A DNA stretch of 64,000 nt, from positions 32,001-96,000 of the forward strand of contig JAYZFK010000034.1 in the NCBI GenBank assembly GCA_036336835.1. Direction: 5' to 3'. The position numbers and the translations under genes were made by a program. The notes under the pieces are model-generated. The model worked only from the letters and a program-made list of their open reading frames with translations, was not told the origin of the DNA and made no database searches. Below are positions 1 through 9,747 of this stretch, piece after piece; positions within the stretch are counted from its first letter, which is position 1, and each line of letters starts with the position of its first letter. Source of the stretch: Myxococcota bacterium (lineage in GTDB: Bacteria > Myxococcota_A > UBA9160 > UBA4427).

Positions 1-970
1 CAGCACCAACGTCATCTACCTGTTCGACTCGGGCGAGCCCGACGGCATCAAGGATCCCGCTGTACTGCGCGAAATGGAGCGCATCCACGAAATCGCCGCC
101 AAGCACGAGCCGTTCGTGCGCAAGACCTACTCGCTCGTCGACATCCTGAAGGACCTGAACCAGGCCTTCCACGGCGGCGACCCGGCCTACTACGAGCTGC
201 CGGACTCGCGGGCGCTGGTCGCCCAGTATCTGCTGCTCTACGAGATGTCGGGTGGCGAGGACGCGGAGGAGTTCGTCTCCTCCGACTACCAGCGGGCCAG
301 CGTCGAGCTGCGACTCGCGCTGGAGCCGACCAGCAAGACAGCCGACCTGGTGCACGCAATCGACGAAGAACTCGCCGCCAATCCTCTCGAGACGTCCGCG
401 GTCAGCCTGACGGGCATCGGCGCACTCTGGATCATCCTGCTCGACTACATCGTATCGAGCCAGATCCAGGGCTTCCTGCTGGCTTTCGTGGTGATCGCGG
501 TGATGATGGTCGCGATCTTCCGCTCGCTCGGAACCGGACTGATCTCGATGATCCCGAACATCGCGCCTTCGGCCCTGGCGCTCGGCGTGATGGGCTGGGC
601 CGGCGTGTGGCTCGACTACAGCAAGATCTCGATCGCGGCCGTAGCGATCGGCATCGCTGTCGACGATACGATCCACCTGGTGTCGCGTTGCCGCTACGAG
701 TTCTCGCTGTGCGGCGACTACGCCGAGGCCGTGCGCCGGGCAATGCAGGACGTCGGCCGCGCGCTGTTGATCACCTCGGTCGTGCTCGTCGCGGGCTTCC
801 TGGTCTTGACGGCGTCGGCGCTCGACAGCCAGGCCACCTACGGCATCCTCCTGGCCACGACGATCGTGACGGCGCTGAGCGCCGACTTCCTGTTGATGCC
901 GGCCCTGCTGCTGACATTCCAGCCGTTCGGCCCCGAGAAGAGCCAGCACGAGCTGCGTGAGAACGAATGA
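1..970 (+). CDS. MMPL/RND family transporter, 5' partial
   Basis: The frame is open from the window start (STNVIYLFD...). It has a run of C-terminal TM helices and the RND/MMPL motif GIAVDDTIH. Confidence 0.9.
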   Translation, partial: STNVIYLFDSGEPDGIKDPAVLREMERIHEIAAKHEPFVRKTYSLVDILKDLNQAFHGGDPAYYELPDSRALVAQYLLLYEMSGGEDAEEFVSSDYQRASVELRLALEPTSKTADLVHAIDEELAANPLETSAVSLTGIGALWIILLDYIVSSQIQGFLLAFVVIAVMMVAIFRSLGTGLISMIPNIAPSALALGVMGWAGVWLDYSKISIAAVAIGIAVDDTIHLVSRCRYEFSLCGDYAEAVRRAMQDVGRALLITSVVLVAGFLVLTASALDSQATYGILLATTIVTALSADFLLMPALLLTFQPFGPEKSQHELRENE

Positions 971-1776
971 GGATGCAGAAGATGCGAATACTCGGCTCCC
1001 TGGCTGTCGTCCTCGTGCTGCTTGCGGGCCCGCTGCCGGCCGAAGAGCTCACCGCCCGCGAGATCATGCAGCGCGTCGATGCGCGCGACGATGGCGACTA
1101 CTCGACCCAGGACATGGAGATGATCCTGATCGACAAGCGCGGCAACCAGCGCGTGCGCAAGCTGCGTTCGTTCGGGCGCGATGTGGGCGAGGACGAGCAG
1201 AGCATCATCTTCTTCGTGACTCCGGCGGACGTCGAGGACACGGGCTTCCTGACCTACGACTACGACGATCCCGAACGCGACGACGACCAGTGGCTGTACC
1301 TGCCCGCGCTATCGCGCACCAAGCGCATCGCATCCTCGGACAAGAGCGGCAGCTTCATGGGCTCTGATTTCAGCTACGCCGACATGAGCGATCGCCCGCT
1401 CGATCACTACGAGTACGAGCTGATGGGCGAGGACGAGATCGACGGCCAGGCGGTGTGGCAGATTCAATCGATCCCGATCACGGACCGCGAGAAGCGTGAG
1501 ACGGGCTACACCAAGCAGATCTCGTTCGTGCGTCAGGACAACTACGTCGTGGTGCGCAGTGTCTCCTGGGTCAAGAAGGGCAAACGGCTCAAGTACTTCG
1601 ATGTCGACTCGCTCGAGCAGATCGACGGGATCTGGGTCGCGACCCAGATGCACATGACGACGCGCAAGGGCAAGCAGACGCTCCACAAGACCGTCCTGTA
1701 TGCAAGGAACGTGAAGTTCGGCCAGGACCTGCCGGACGACCTGTTCAGCGTGCGCCAGCTCGAGAAGGGGCCGTAG
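967..1776 (+). CDS. Outer-membrane lipoprotein-sorting (LolA-like) protein
   Basis: Signal peptide; family motifs DDQWLYLPAL and SFMGSDFSYAD; ATGA overlap with the MMPL gene. Confidence 0.85.
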   Translation: MRMQKMRILGSLAVVLVLLAGPLPAEELTAREIMQRVDARDDGDYSTQDMEMILIDKRGNQRVRKLRSFGRDVGEDEQSIIFFVTPADVEDTGFLTYDYDDPERDDDQWLYLPALSRTKRIASSDKSGSFMGSDFSYADMSDRPLDHYEYELMGEDEIDGQAVWQIQSIPITDREKRETGYTKQISFVRQDNYVVVRSVSWVKKGKRLKYFDVDSLEQIDGIWVATQMHMTTRKGKQTLHKTVLYARNVKFGQDLPDDLFSVRQLEKGP

Positions 1777-1783
1777 CGGGGCC

Positions 1784-3181
1784 GTGCAATCCCTCTGCCT
1801 GCGGCGATCGGGTCGCATCGGGCTCGCAGCCATCGTCGGTGCTGCGCTCGCGGCCACCGCGACGGCCCAGGACGACCTCGACGACATCCTCGGCGGCTTC
1901 GAGGACGAAGACCCCGGCTTCGAGGTCCAGGCTCCTACGGACGGCGACACGACCGAGCCGCCAACCTGGTGGGATCTCTCCGGCAGCTTCGAGCTGAGCG
2001 GCAGTGTCAACTACCTGCGCCACGACTCCGCCACGGGAACGAACTACGTCGGACTCCAGCGTCTGCGCAGTCGCCTCAACCTCCAGCTCGATCTCGACCT
2101 CGCAGAGGACTGGCAGGCCCGGATCGAGAGCTGGGGCTTCTACGACTCGGCCTACGCGATCAATGGCCGACGCCACTACACCGGGGCGGTGCTCAGCGAC
2201 TACGAGCTCGACGCCGAGATCGGCGAGGCGTGGATCCACGGCAAGCTGCACGACGCGCTCGACGTCAAGCTGGGGCGCCAGATCGTGATCTGGGGGCGCT
2301 CGGAATCCCTGCGGGTGCTCGACGTATTGAATCCGCTGGACAACCGCGAGCCGGGCCGTGTCGACATCGAGGACATCCGCCGCCCACTCGGCATGCTCCG
2401 CGTCGACGCCTATCGATGGCTCTGGGACGGCGAGTGGAACCTCTCCGCGATCGCGATCCCCGAGATCCGCTTCTCCCGCAACCCCGTCGTCGGCAGCGAC
2501 TTCTCCCCGCTGTTGATGAGCTTGCCCAAGGACGAGCCGAAGGATTTCAAGGACACCGAGGCCGCGGCGGCGCTCACCGCGATCTTCAGCGGCTGGGACT
2601 TCTCGCTGCACGGCGCCTGGTTCTGGAACGACACACCGCGTTTCCACTTCGATCCCACCAAGCCCGATCCCAGCCGCCTGGTCTACGATCGCCTGTGGAT
2701 GGTAGGTGCTGGCGGCAACTACACGAAGGGAAGCTGGCTGTTCAAGGGTGAGATCGCCTACCTCGACGGATTCGGCTTCGACGGCAGCGACGACAAGGCG
2801 CGCGTGGACGTGCTGATCGGCTTCGAGTACTACGGGCTCACCAATGTCACGATCTCGGTCGAGGGCACGAACCGCCACCTGTTCGACTACGAGGACGCGC
2901 TCCTTGGCTCTCCCTACTTCGTGCGCCAGGACTCGCAGGAAATCGCGCTGCGCTACACGCAGAGCTTCTTCAACGAGAAGCTCGCGGTGACGGGCCTCGT
3001 TGTGCTGGTCGGCTGGAACGGGGGCGATGGATCGATCGTGCGCCTGTCCGCCGACTACGAACTGCGCGACGCGCTCGGGATCGGCGCCGGAATCGTGCTG
3101 TACCAGAAGGGCGACCTGCCGCCGCTCAATTCCTGGGGCCGAAATGATCGACTGATCTTCAATCTGAAGTGGAGCTTCTGA
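1784..3181 (+). CDS. Outer-membrane beta-barrel protein (DUF1302-like)
   Basis: Signal peptide; KLGRQIVIWG...LDVLNP motif; C-terminal barrel signature LKWSF; typical partner of MMPL + LolA-like genes. Confidence 0.75.
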   Translation: MQSLCLRRSGRIGLAAIVGAALAATATAQDDLDDILGGFEDEDPGFEVQAPTDGDTTEPPTWWDLSGSFELSGSVNYLRHDSATGTNYVGLQRLRSRLNLQLDLDLAEDWQARIESWGFYDSAYAINGRRHYTGAVLSDYELDAEIGEAWIHGKLHDALDVKLGRQIVIWGRSESLRVLDVLNPLDNREPGRVDIEDIRRPLGMLRVDAYRWLWDGEWNLSAIAIPEIRFSRNPVVGSDFSPLLMSLPKDEPKDFKDTEAAAALTAIFSGWDFSLHGAWFWNDTPRFHFDPTKPDPSRLVYDRLWMVGAGGNYTKGSWLFKGEIAYLDGFGFDGSDDKARVDVLIGFEYYGLTNVTISVEGTNRHLFDYEDALLGSPYFVRQDSQEIALRYTQSFFNEKLAVTGLVVLVGWNGGDGSIVRLSADYELRDALGIGAGIVLYQKGDLPPLNSWGRNDRLIFNLKWSF

Positions 3182-3184
3182 GGA

Positions 3185-3937
3185 ATGCGCCGCGTACTCG
3201 TGTTCCAACACGTCGCCGTCGAGCCGCTCGGCACCCTGCTGCCATTGCTGCGCAGCTACGGCCTGCGCATCCGGTACGTGAACTTCGAGCGCGACCCGGA
3301 GGCGCGACCCTCGGTGCAGGGTTACGACGGGCTGATCGTTCTCGGCGGCCCGATGTCGGCCTGGGACGATGCGAGCCATCCCCACCTGGGCCGCGAGGTG
3401 GCTGCGATCGAAGCGGCGCTCGAAGGCGGGACGCCGGTGCTCGGCATCTGCCTCGGCGCCCAGCTGCTGGCGCGCGGCCTCGGGGCCGAGGTCCGGCGGG
3501 CGGAGCAGCCAGAGATTGGCTGGCATGAGGTCTGCCCCACAGAGGCCGGTCGTGGAGACCCTGTGCTCGGTGGCTTCTCCGAGTGTGAATCCGTCTTCCA
3601 GTGGCACCGCGACACGTTCGAGTTGCCGAACGGCGCCGTCCACCTGGCGCGCGGGAACCGCGACGGCTGCGCGCAACAGGCATTCCGCTACGGCGAGAGC
3701 GCCTACGGCCTGCAGTTCCACCTCGAAGCCAATGCCGCTCTGATCGACCGCTGGCTGGACACGCCCGCGCACCAGACCGAACTCGAATCGCTAGGCAACG
3801 CGCGCGCTGGGCAAACGATCGAGCGGGAAACCCGCGAGCGAATCGCGCGCTCTCTGCAGCTGTCGGACGAGACATTCGGCCGATTCTTCGACCGCTGGAC
3901 CGAGCGTCCGCGGCGAGTTCCCTACCCTCATCGCTGA
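3185..3937 (+). CDS. Type 1 glutamine amidotransferase-like protein
   Basis: VLGGP, LGICLGAQ (nucleophile Cys) and QFHLE motifs. Confidence 0.9.
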   Translation: MRRVLVFQHVAVEPLGTLLPLLRSYGLRIRYVNFERDPEARPSVQGYDGLIVLGGPMSAWDDASHPHLGREVAAIEAALEGGTPVLGICLGAQLLARGLGAEVRRAEQPEIGWHEVCPTEAGRGDPVLGGFSECESVFQWHRDTFELPNGAVHLARGNRDGCAQQAFRYGESAYGLQFHLEANAALIDRWLDTPAHQTELESLGNARAGQTIERETRERIARSLQLSDETFGRFFDRWTERPRRVPYPHR

Positions 3938-4000
3938 GCAACCGTGCGATGATCGCGCGGGTCCCGATGATCCCGAGGACGCCACTGCGAGGTGCCCCGA

Positions 4001-4135
4001 ATGGCGAAGGTCGTGAAGGCCGGAATGGTGATCCATCCAGTCGAGGATCTCTCCTCGGCCCTCGAGTTCTATCAGGGCGCGATGGGACTCGAGCTGCAAT
4101 TTCGGGATGGCGACCGCTTCGCGGCGCTCGCGTGA
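4001..4135 (+). pseudogene. Truncated VOC/glyoxalase-family gene remnant (44 aa)
   Basis: My translation is MAKVVKAGMVIHPVEDLSSALEFYQGAMGLELQFRDGDRFAALA*. It carries the VOC N-terminal pattern VxDLxxAxxFYxxxxGL, has GAGGTG upstream, and stops far short of a VOC domain. Confidence 0.65.
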
Positions 4136-4180
4136 CGCTGGCTACCCTCCCCGCCCCTCGCAGAGAACTGGAGCCCCCAG

Positions 4181-5164
4181 ATGCAGACCAGGACCCTCGG
4201 AAGCCTCGAAGTCTCTGCGATCGGACTCGGCTGCATGAGCATGTCGCAGGCATACGGAAAGCCCGATCTGGCCGAGTCCGAGCGCACCCTGCATGGCGCG
4301 CTCGACGCTGGCTACAGGCTGCTGGACACCGCGTGCATCTACGGTCTCGGCCACAACGAGAAGCTGATCGGCCGCGTCCTGAAGCAGCGCCGCGACGAAT
4401 TCGTCCTCGCGAGCAAATGCGGAATCGTCGTCGATGAGCAGGGACGCCGCGGCGTCGACTGCCGGCCCGAGGCGGTAACGCGGACCTGCGAGGAAAGCCT
4501 CGAGCGCCTGCAGACCGACGTGATCGATCTCTACTACCTGCACCGACGCGACCCGAAGGTCCCGATCGAGGAGAGCGTCGGTGCCCTCGCCGACCTCGAG
4601 AAGGCGGGAAAGATCCGCCACATCGGGCTCTCCGAGGTCTCCTCGAGCACCCTGCGTCGCGCTCATGCCGTCCACCCGGTCGCGGCCGTGCAGTCCGAGT
4701 ACTCGCTCTGGACGCGCGATCCCGAGAACAAGCTGCTCGCTACGTGCACAGAGCTCGGCGTCGGCTTCGTGCCATTCAGCCCGCTCGGCCGGGCGTTCCT
4801 GGCGGGCGGGGTCGAAGATCCCGAAGCGCTGGAAGACACTGACATGCGGCGCCGCATGCCTCGCTTCCAGCCCGAGAATTTCGCGAGGAACCTCGCCCTG
4901 CTCAAGGAGCTCGAGGTCCTGGCCGCAGACAATCAGTGCACGCTCGCCCAGCTCGCGCTGGCGTGGGTGCTCGGACAGGGCGACACGCTCGTGCCGATCC
5001 CGGGCACGAAACACCTCCGCTTCGTCCAGGAGAACGCGCTGGCCGCGGATCTGAAGGTCTCGGCGGACGATCTGGCGCGCGCCGGAGAGATCGTGAACAC
5101 CAGCACCGTGGCGGGCGACCGCTATGCGAAGGCACAGATGATCTCGCTCGACCCCGAGGAGTAG
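4181..5164 (+). CDS. Aldo/keto reductase
   Basis: IGLGCM, DTAxxYG, IDLYYLHR, VQSEYSLW and PIPGT motifs. Confidence 0.95.
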   Translation: MQTRTLGSLEVSAIGLGCMSMSQAYGKPDLAESERTLHGALDAGYRLLDTACIYGLGHNEKLIGRVLKQRRDEFVLASKCGIVVDEQGRRGVDCRPEAVTRTCEESLERLQTDVIDLYYLHRRDPKVPIEESVGALADLEKAGKIRHIGLSEVSSSTLRRAHAVHPVAAVQSEYSLWTRDPENKLLATCTELGVGFVPFSPLGRAFLAGGVEDPEALEDTDMRRRMPRFQPENFARNLALLKELEVLAADNQCTLAQLALAWVLGQGDTLVPIPGTKHLRFVQENALAADLKVSADDLARAGEIVNTSTVAGDRYAKAQMISLDPEE

Positions 5165-5202
5165 GCAGCCAGCGGACGCTCGCGGGCTACGAGAGGGAAG
5201 AC

Positions 5203-5700
5203 ATGTCGCTGCAAGAGACACCGGCTCCCGACGTATCGGACGTCGCAGCGAACATGCGCTGGCTGCGCGACCGCGAGCAACTGAGGATGCTGTACCAGCG
5301 CTACGCCTTCGGCGTCGACTCCGGCAACTTCGACATCGTTCGATCGGTCTTCCACCCCGACTGCACCGTGAGCGGCACGCTCGAGAACGGGGCGCTCGAG
5401 CCCTACCTCGAGGGCATCGAACAGGCGCTCCAGCAGTGGGACGCCACGATGCACCTGATGGGCAACCAGTACGTCCAGATCGACGGCGACGAGGGCCACG
5501 TCGAGACCTGGGTGGTCGGCTATCACATGGAAGCCCCGGGCAGCCCACTCGATCACCTCGTGCTCGGACTGCGCTATCAGGACGACGTGGTGCGCGTCGA
5601 AGACGACTGGAAGATCATTCGGCGCAACACGGTCAAGCAGTGGCACACGGGCCCTTTCCCCAGACCGTCGCTGGGTCCTCCCTCGTATCCACGTTCCTGA
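5203..5700 (+). CDS. SnoaL-like / NTF2-family protein
   Basis: YAFGVD...FHPD, TMHLMGN and YQDxxVRxxDxWKI pattern; ATG at 5203 follows a purine-rich RBS. Confidence 0.85.
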   Translation: MSLQETPAPDVSDVAANMRWLRDREQLRMLYQRYAFGVDSGNFDIVRSVFHPDCTVSGTLENGALEPYLEGIEQALQQWDATMHLMGNQYVQIDGDEGHVETWVVGYHMEAPGSPLDHLVLGLRYQDDVVRVEDDWKIIRRNTVKQWHTGPFPRPSLGPPSYPRS

Positions 5701-5715
5701 GTGGTGAGTGCAAGC

Positions 5716-7242
5716 ATGACGCGGTCAATCGACCAGCCGTCGTCGCATCCGCCGGATCACGAGGTCGTAATCGTCGGCTCCGGCTTCTCAGGCATCGGCG
5801 CAGCCATCAAGCTCGAGAGCATGGGGATCCGCGACTATCTGATTCTGGAGAAGGCCGACGACCTCGGCGGCACATGGAGAGACAACGACTACCCCGGCCT
5901 GGCGGTCGACATGCCGTCGTTCATCTACTGCTACCCGCTCGCGATGAGCGCGCACTGGAGCCGCGTCTACCCGCCGGCCCACGAGATCAAGGCATACGCC
6001 GATCACTGCGCGGACAAGTACGGCGTGCGACCACACATCCGGTTCGGCAAGACAGTCGTCGAGACCGTGTACGACAGCGCCCGGAACGCCTGGCTCACGC
6101 GACTCGACGACGGCGAGGCCATCGCGTCGAGGTTCTTCGTGAGCGCCTCCGGCTTGCTGATCGAGCCGGAGCTGCCCGATATCGCGGGGATCGACGAATT
6201 TCGGGGGAAGCTCCTCCACAGCGCCCGCTGGGATCACGACTACGACCTGACGGGCAAGCGCGTCGCGGTGATCGGAACGGGAGCGACGGCTGTCCAGCTG
6301 ATCCCGACGATTGCCGCCGAGGTGGCGCGCCTCGACGTGTACCAGCGGACCGCCATCTGGCTGATGGGCAAACCGGATGCGGCGATCAGTGCCGGGTGGG
6401 AGCGGGCCTTTCGCGCCGCACCCTTGCTGCAAGACATCGTGAGGTGGACGATCAACGTGATCGTCGAGCTGTCGATGGGGCCCGCCTTCGTTCGCTACAA
6501 GCAGTTCCCCTGGATGTTCCGCTGGCTCGAACGGAAGTTGATCGACTCGATCCGGAGCCAGGTCGACGACCCGGAAACCCAGGAAAAGCTGATCCCGAAG
6601 TACAGCTTCTTCTGCAAGCGGCCCAGCTTCTCGAACGTGTACTACCCGGTCTTCAACCGCGAACACGTCGAGCTGATCACGGACCCGATCGAGCGAATCA
6701 CCGAGAACGCGATCACGACGCGCGACGGCGCAGAGCGCGAGATCGACGCGCTGATCTGCGCCACGGGGTACAGCGTCTTCCGTCGGGACTGCGCGCCAAA
6801 CTTCGAAGTCTTCGGAACAGACGGGAAGAACCTCGGCGATTTTTGGCAAGCCAATCGCTTCCAGGCCTATCAAGGCGCGAGCGTACCCGGCTTTCCGAAC
6901 TTCTTCCTGATGATGGGGCCGTACTCGGCAGCGGGTGCGTCCTACTTCAGCATGATCGACACCCAGACTCGACACCTCGCGCGCTGCCTGCGCGAAGCCC
7001 GCCGACGCAACGCGAATTACGTCGAGGTGAAGCAGGCCGCACACGATCGTGACTTCCGGAAGGTCGAGCGCCGCAGGGAGAACACGGTGCTGTTCGCGGG
7101 CAACTGCGCGTCCTCGAACAGCTACTACTTCGACCACCGCGGCGACACGCCGGGCCTGCGCCCCGTCACAGGACTCGAGCACTGGCTGAACAGCCTGCTC
7201 TTCAGCATGCGGGACTACGACTTCGAGCAACGGCCCGAATGA
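5716..7242 (+). CDS. Baeyer-Villiger-type flavin monooxygenase
   Basis: GSGFSG, GGTWxxNxYPG, BVMO fingerprint FRGKLLHSARWD, second Rossmann motif GTGATA, and ATG(Y). Confidence 0.95.
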   Translation: MTRSIDQPSSHPPDHEVVIVGSGFSGIGAAIKLESMGIRDYLILEKADDLGGTWRDNDYPGLAVDMPSFIYCYPLAMSAHWSRVYPPAHEIKAYADHCADKYGVRPHIRFGKTVVETVYDSARNAWLTRLDDGEAIASRFFVSASGLLIEPELPDIAGIDEFRGKLLHSARWDHDYDLTGKRVAVIGTGATAVQLIPTIAAEVARLDVYQRTAIWLMGKPDAAISAGWERAFRAAPLLQDIVRWTINVIVELSMGPAFVRYKQFPWMFRWLERKLIDSIRSQVDDPETQEKLIPKYSFFCKRPSFSNVYYPVFNREHVELITDPIERITENAITTRDGAEREIDALICATGYSVFRRDCAPNFEVFGTDGKNLGDFWQANRFQAYQGASVPGFPNFFLMMGPYSAAGASYFSMIDTQTRHLARCLREARRRNANYVEVKQAAHDRDFRKVERRRENTVLFAGNCASSNSYYFDHRGDTPGLRPVTGLEHWLNSLLFSMRDYDFEQRPE

Positions 7243-7384
7243 GAAGCGCCCGAGCGCGACCGGCACAGCGGGTGAACCGCCCTGTCGGACCCTCAGCCTG
7301 TGGATCGCTCCCCGGCAGGAGAGGGGCGGAGAGCCATCGCGGGCCGCCTTGGGGTGCCGCAGCGCGGCGAGGTAGAGTTCCGCC

Positions 7385-8113
7385 GTGAGCACTGAGCGCG
7401 ACGAGACGATCCCGCTCGACGATGGCGCGTCGATGCGAGCGCTGCTCACCCTCCCGGACGACGAGAAGCCCGCCGGGGGCTGGCCGCTCATTATCGCGAT
7501 CCACGACGCCTTCGGCTTCTCGGACGACATCCGACGCATCGCGAGACGGTTTGCGGACAACGGCTACGCGGCGCTGGCCCCTGCGGTCTACGACGGGGCG
7601 GGGGCGCCCTTCCTCTGTGTCGTGCGCACATTCCGGGATCTGCAGGCCCGCAAGGGGCCGGCCTTCGACCGCATCGAGGCGGCTCGCGCTCACGCGGCCG
7701 CGCTGCCCGAGATCGACAGCGATCGCCTGGGCATCACCGGCTTCTGCATGGGCGGCGGCTTTGCGATCTTCTTCGCGGCACGCGGCGGACTCAAGGTGTG
7801 CGCGCCGTACTACGGGGACACACCGGGCCGCGCCGACGAGCTGCGCGACGTCTGCCCGGTGGTCGCCGGCTTCGGCGCGCTCGACGAGCAGTTCGCGGTG
7901 CAGGGAGAGCGCCTCGAGAAGCACCTGACCGAGCTCGGCGTGGAGCACGATGTCAAGATCTATCCCGACGTCGGCCACTCCTACATGAACGACTTCGGCG
8001 ATGGCGTGATGGCTGCGGTGATGCGCCGTACCCCGCTGCACGCCGGGCACGACGAAGCCGCGTCCGAGGACTCGTGGCGGCGGATGCTCGGCTTCTTCTC
8101 CCAGCACCTCTAG
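7385..8113 (+). CDS. Dienelactone hydrolase family protein
   Basis: GFCMGG nucleophile elbow; YPxxGHSY catalytic His. Confidence 0.9.
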   Translation: MSTERDETIPLDDGASMRALLTLPDDEKPAGGWPLIIAIHDAFGFSDDIRRIARRFADNGYAALAPAVYDGAGAPFLCVVRTFRDLQARKGPAFDRIEAARAHAAALPEIDSDRLGITGFCMGGGFAIFFAARGGLKVCAPYYGDTPGRADELRDVCPVVAGFGALDEQFAVQGERLEKHLTELGVEHDVKIYPDVGHSYMNDFGDGVMAAVMRRTPLHAGHDEAASEDSWRRMLGFFSQHL

Positions 8114-8150
8114 GCCATCCGAGTCGCTCTCGATCCGACCCGTTCCGGAG

Positions 8151-9179
8151 CTACCCGCCGATCTGGTACATCTCGATTCGCTCGCGTTCGCCCGTCGCCG
8201 TGAGCGCGGAGCGCTGCTCGGAGTAGCGATCGTCGCGTCCAGTCCACACGCGCTCGAGCAGCGCCGTCAGCTGTTCGTCGCTCGCGCCACTGCGCAGCGG
8301 TCCCCGCAGATCGGTTCCCCGGGATGCGAAGAGACAGGTGACGAGCTGACCGTCCGTGGTGAGCCGCGCTCGGGTGCAGCCGCCGCAGAAGGGCTGTGTG
8401 ACCGAGGCGATGATGCCGATCTCTCCTGAGCCATCGGTATAGCGCCAGCGCTGTGCGACCTCGCCCGGGTAGTTGGGGTCGATCGGCTCGATGCCGAAAG
8501 CCTCGTCGAGCAGGCGAACCATCTCGTGTGCGGGCACGACGTGCTCGAGCTCCCAGCCGTTGCGGGTTCCGACGTCCATGTACTCGATGAAGCGCACGAT
8601 GTGGCCGCTGCCCTTGAAGTGGCCGGCCAGGTCCACCAGCGTGTGGTCGTTTACTCCCCGTTGGACGACGCAGTTGAGCTTGACCGGGGTGAACCCGGCC
8701 TGCTCGGCGGCGTCGACCCCCTCGAGCACCCGGGCCACACCCAGCTTGCCGCCGTTCATGGCCAGGAAGACCTCTTCGTCCAGGCTGTCGAGACTCACGG
8801 CCACCCGCCGGAGCCCGGCGTCACGCAGCGGCGCGGCCAGCTTCGGCAGCAGGGTCGCGTTGGTGGTCAGCGCCAGGTCCTCGACACCGGGCACACCGGC
8901 CAGACGCGTGATCAGGTCCGGCAGCCCGTGGCGGAGCAGCGGCTCGCCGCCCGTGATGCGAAGCTTGTGGACGCCCAGCGGTGCCAGCAGGCGCACCAGG
9001 CGCTCGATCTCCTCGAAGCGCAGGATCTCGGCGCGCGGCAGGAACTCGTAGCGCTCGCCGAAGATCTCGCCCGGCATGCAGTAGCTGCAGCGAAAGTTGC
9101 AACGGTCGGTGACCGAGATCCGCAGGTCGCGAACGGGCCGGCCGAGTTGGTCGCGGAGGTCGGGGCGAACGATGTCCAT
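8151..9179 (-). CDS. moaA: GTP 3',8-cyclase (molybdenum cofactor biosynthesis)
   Basis: LRISVTDRCNFRCSYC, RITGGEP, FCGGCTRARL..C and C-terminal IGG. Start placed at MDIVRP. Confidence 0.95.
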   Translation of the reverse strand: MDIVRPDLRDQLGRPVRDLRISVTDRCNFRCSYCMPGEIFGERYEFLPRAEILRFEEIERLVRLLAPLGVHKLRITGGEPLLRHGLPDLITRLAGVPGVEDLALTTNATLLPKLAAPLRDAGLRRVAVSLDSLDEEVFLAMNGGKLGVARVLEGVDAAEQAGFTPVKLNCVVQRGVNDHTLVDLAGHFKGSGHIVRFIEYMDVGTRNGWELEHVVPAHEMVRLLDEAFGIEPIDPNYPGEVAQRWRYTDGSGEIGIIASVTQPFCGGCTRARLTTDGQLVTCLFASRGTDLRGPLRSGASDEQLTALLERVWTGRDDRYSEQRSALTATGERERIEMYQIGG

Positions 9180-9345
9180 CGGGGCTTCCCTGGGGCGGAG
9201 GGACAGGATAGCGCCCCGCGGGCTCCCGCGGCGAGACAGCAGGCCACGGCAGGGGCTATTGACCCCGCGAGATCCGCGCGTAGCTTCCCCGGTGACGCCC
9301 TGGGGGCGCCCCGAGCCGGGCGCCACCAGCGTCGAGAGGAGCGAA

Positions 9346-9678
9346 ATGCCCATCGTCGAGGTTACGCAGACGGCCGCCGACAAGGCGAAGCAGCTGCTCG
9401 CTCGCGACGGCCGAGCCGGCGACGCCCTTCGCGTCCGAACCGTGGATGGCGGCTGCAGCGGCATGCGCTACGAGCTGGTCTTCGACGACGCACCCGCCTC
9501 CGACGACGAGGAGAGCGAGCAGTTTGGCCTTCGTGTGCTGGTCGACGCCGAGAGCGCGCCCTACCTCGAGGGCAGCTCCGTCGACTTCGTGGACGACCTC
9601 AACGAGAGCGGCTTCAAGATCCACAACCCCCGAGCGGGAACGACCTGCGGCTGTGGCGAGAGCTTCAACGTCGTCTGA
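9346..9678 (+). CDS. A-type iron-sulfur cluster carrier (IscA/ErpA/HesB family)
   Basis: GGCSG and CGCGESF motifs; AGGAG RBS before ATG 9346. Confidence 0.95.
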   Translation: MPIVEVTQTAADKAKQLLARDGRAGDALRVRTVDGGCSGMRYELVFDDAPASDDEESEQFGLRVLVDAESAPYLEGSSVDFVDDLNESGFKIHNPRAGTTCGCGESFNVV

Positions 9679-9747
9679 CCGCCACGATCGAACCGACCGA
9701 CCCGGCGCGCTGTCCCAAGCAGCCCGGCACCCCGCCAGGAGAGAGCC

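Noticed and set aside
5698..5716. SnoaL and BVMO are in the same frame, separated by one TGA (readthrough or selenocysteine fusion)
   Set aside because: Both look complete, in-frame neighbours are expected about one time in three, I saw no SECIS-like hairpin, and the position is not catalytic.
8151..9678. Divergent moaA / Fe-S carrier pair as a novel system
   Set aside because: Both are ordinary housekeeping genes with canonical motifs.
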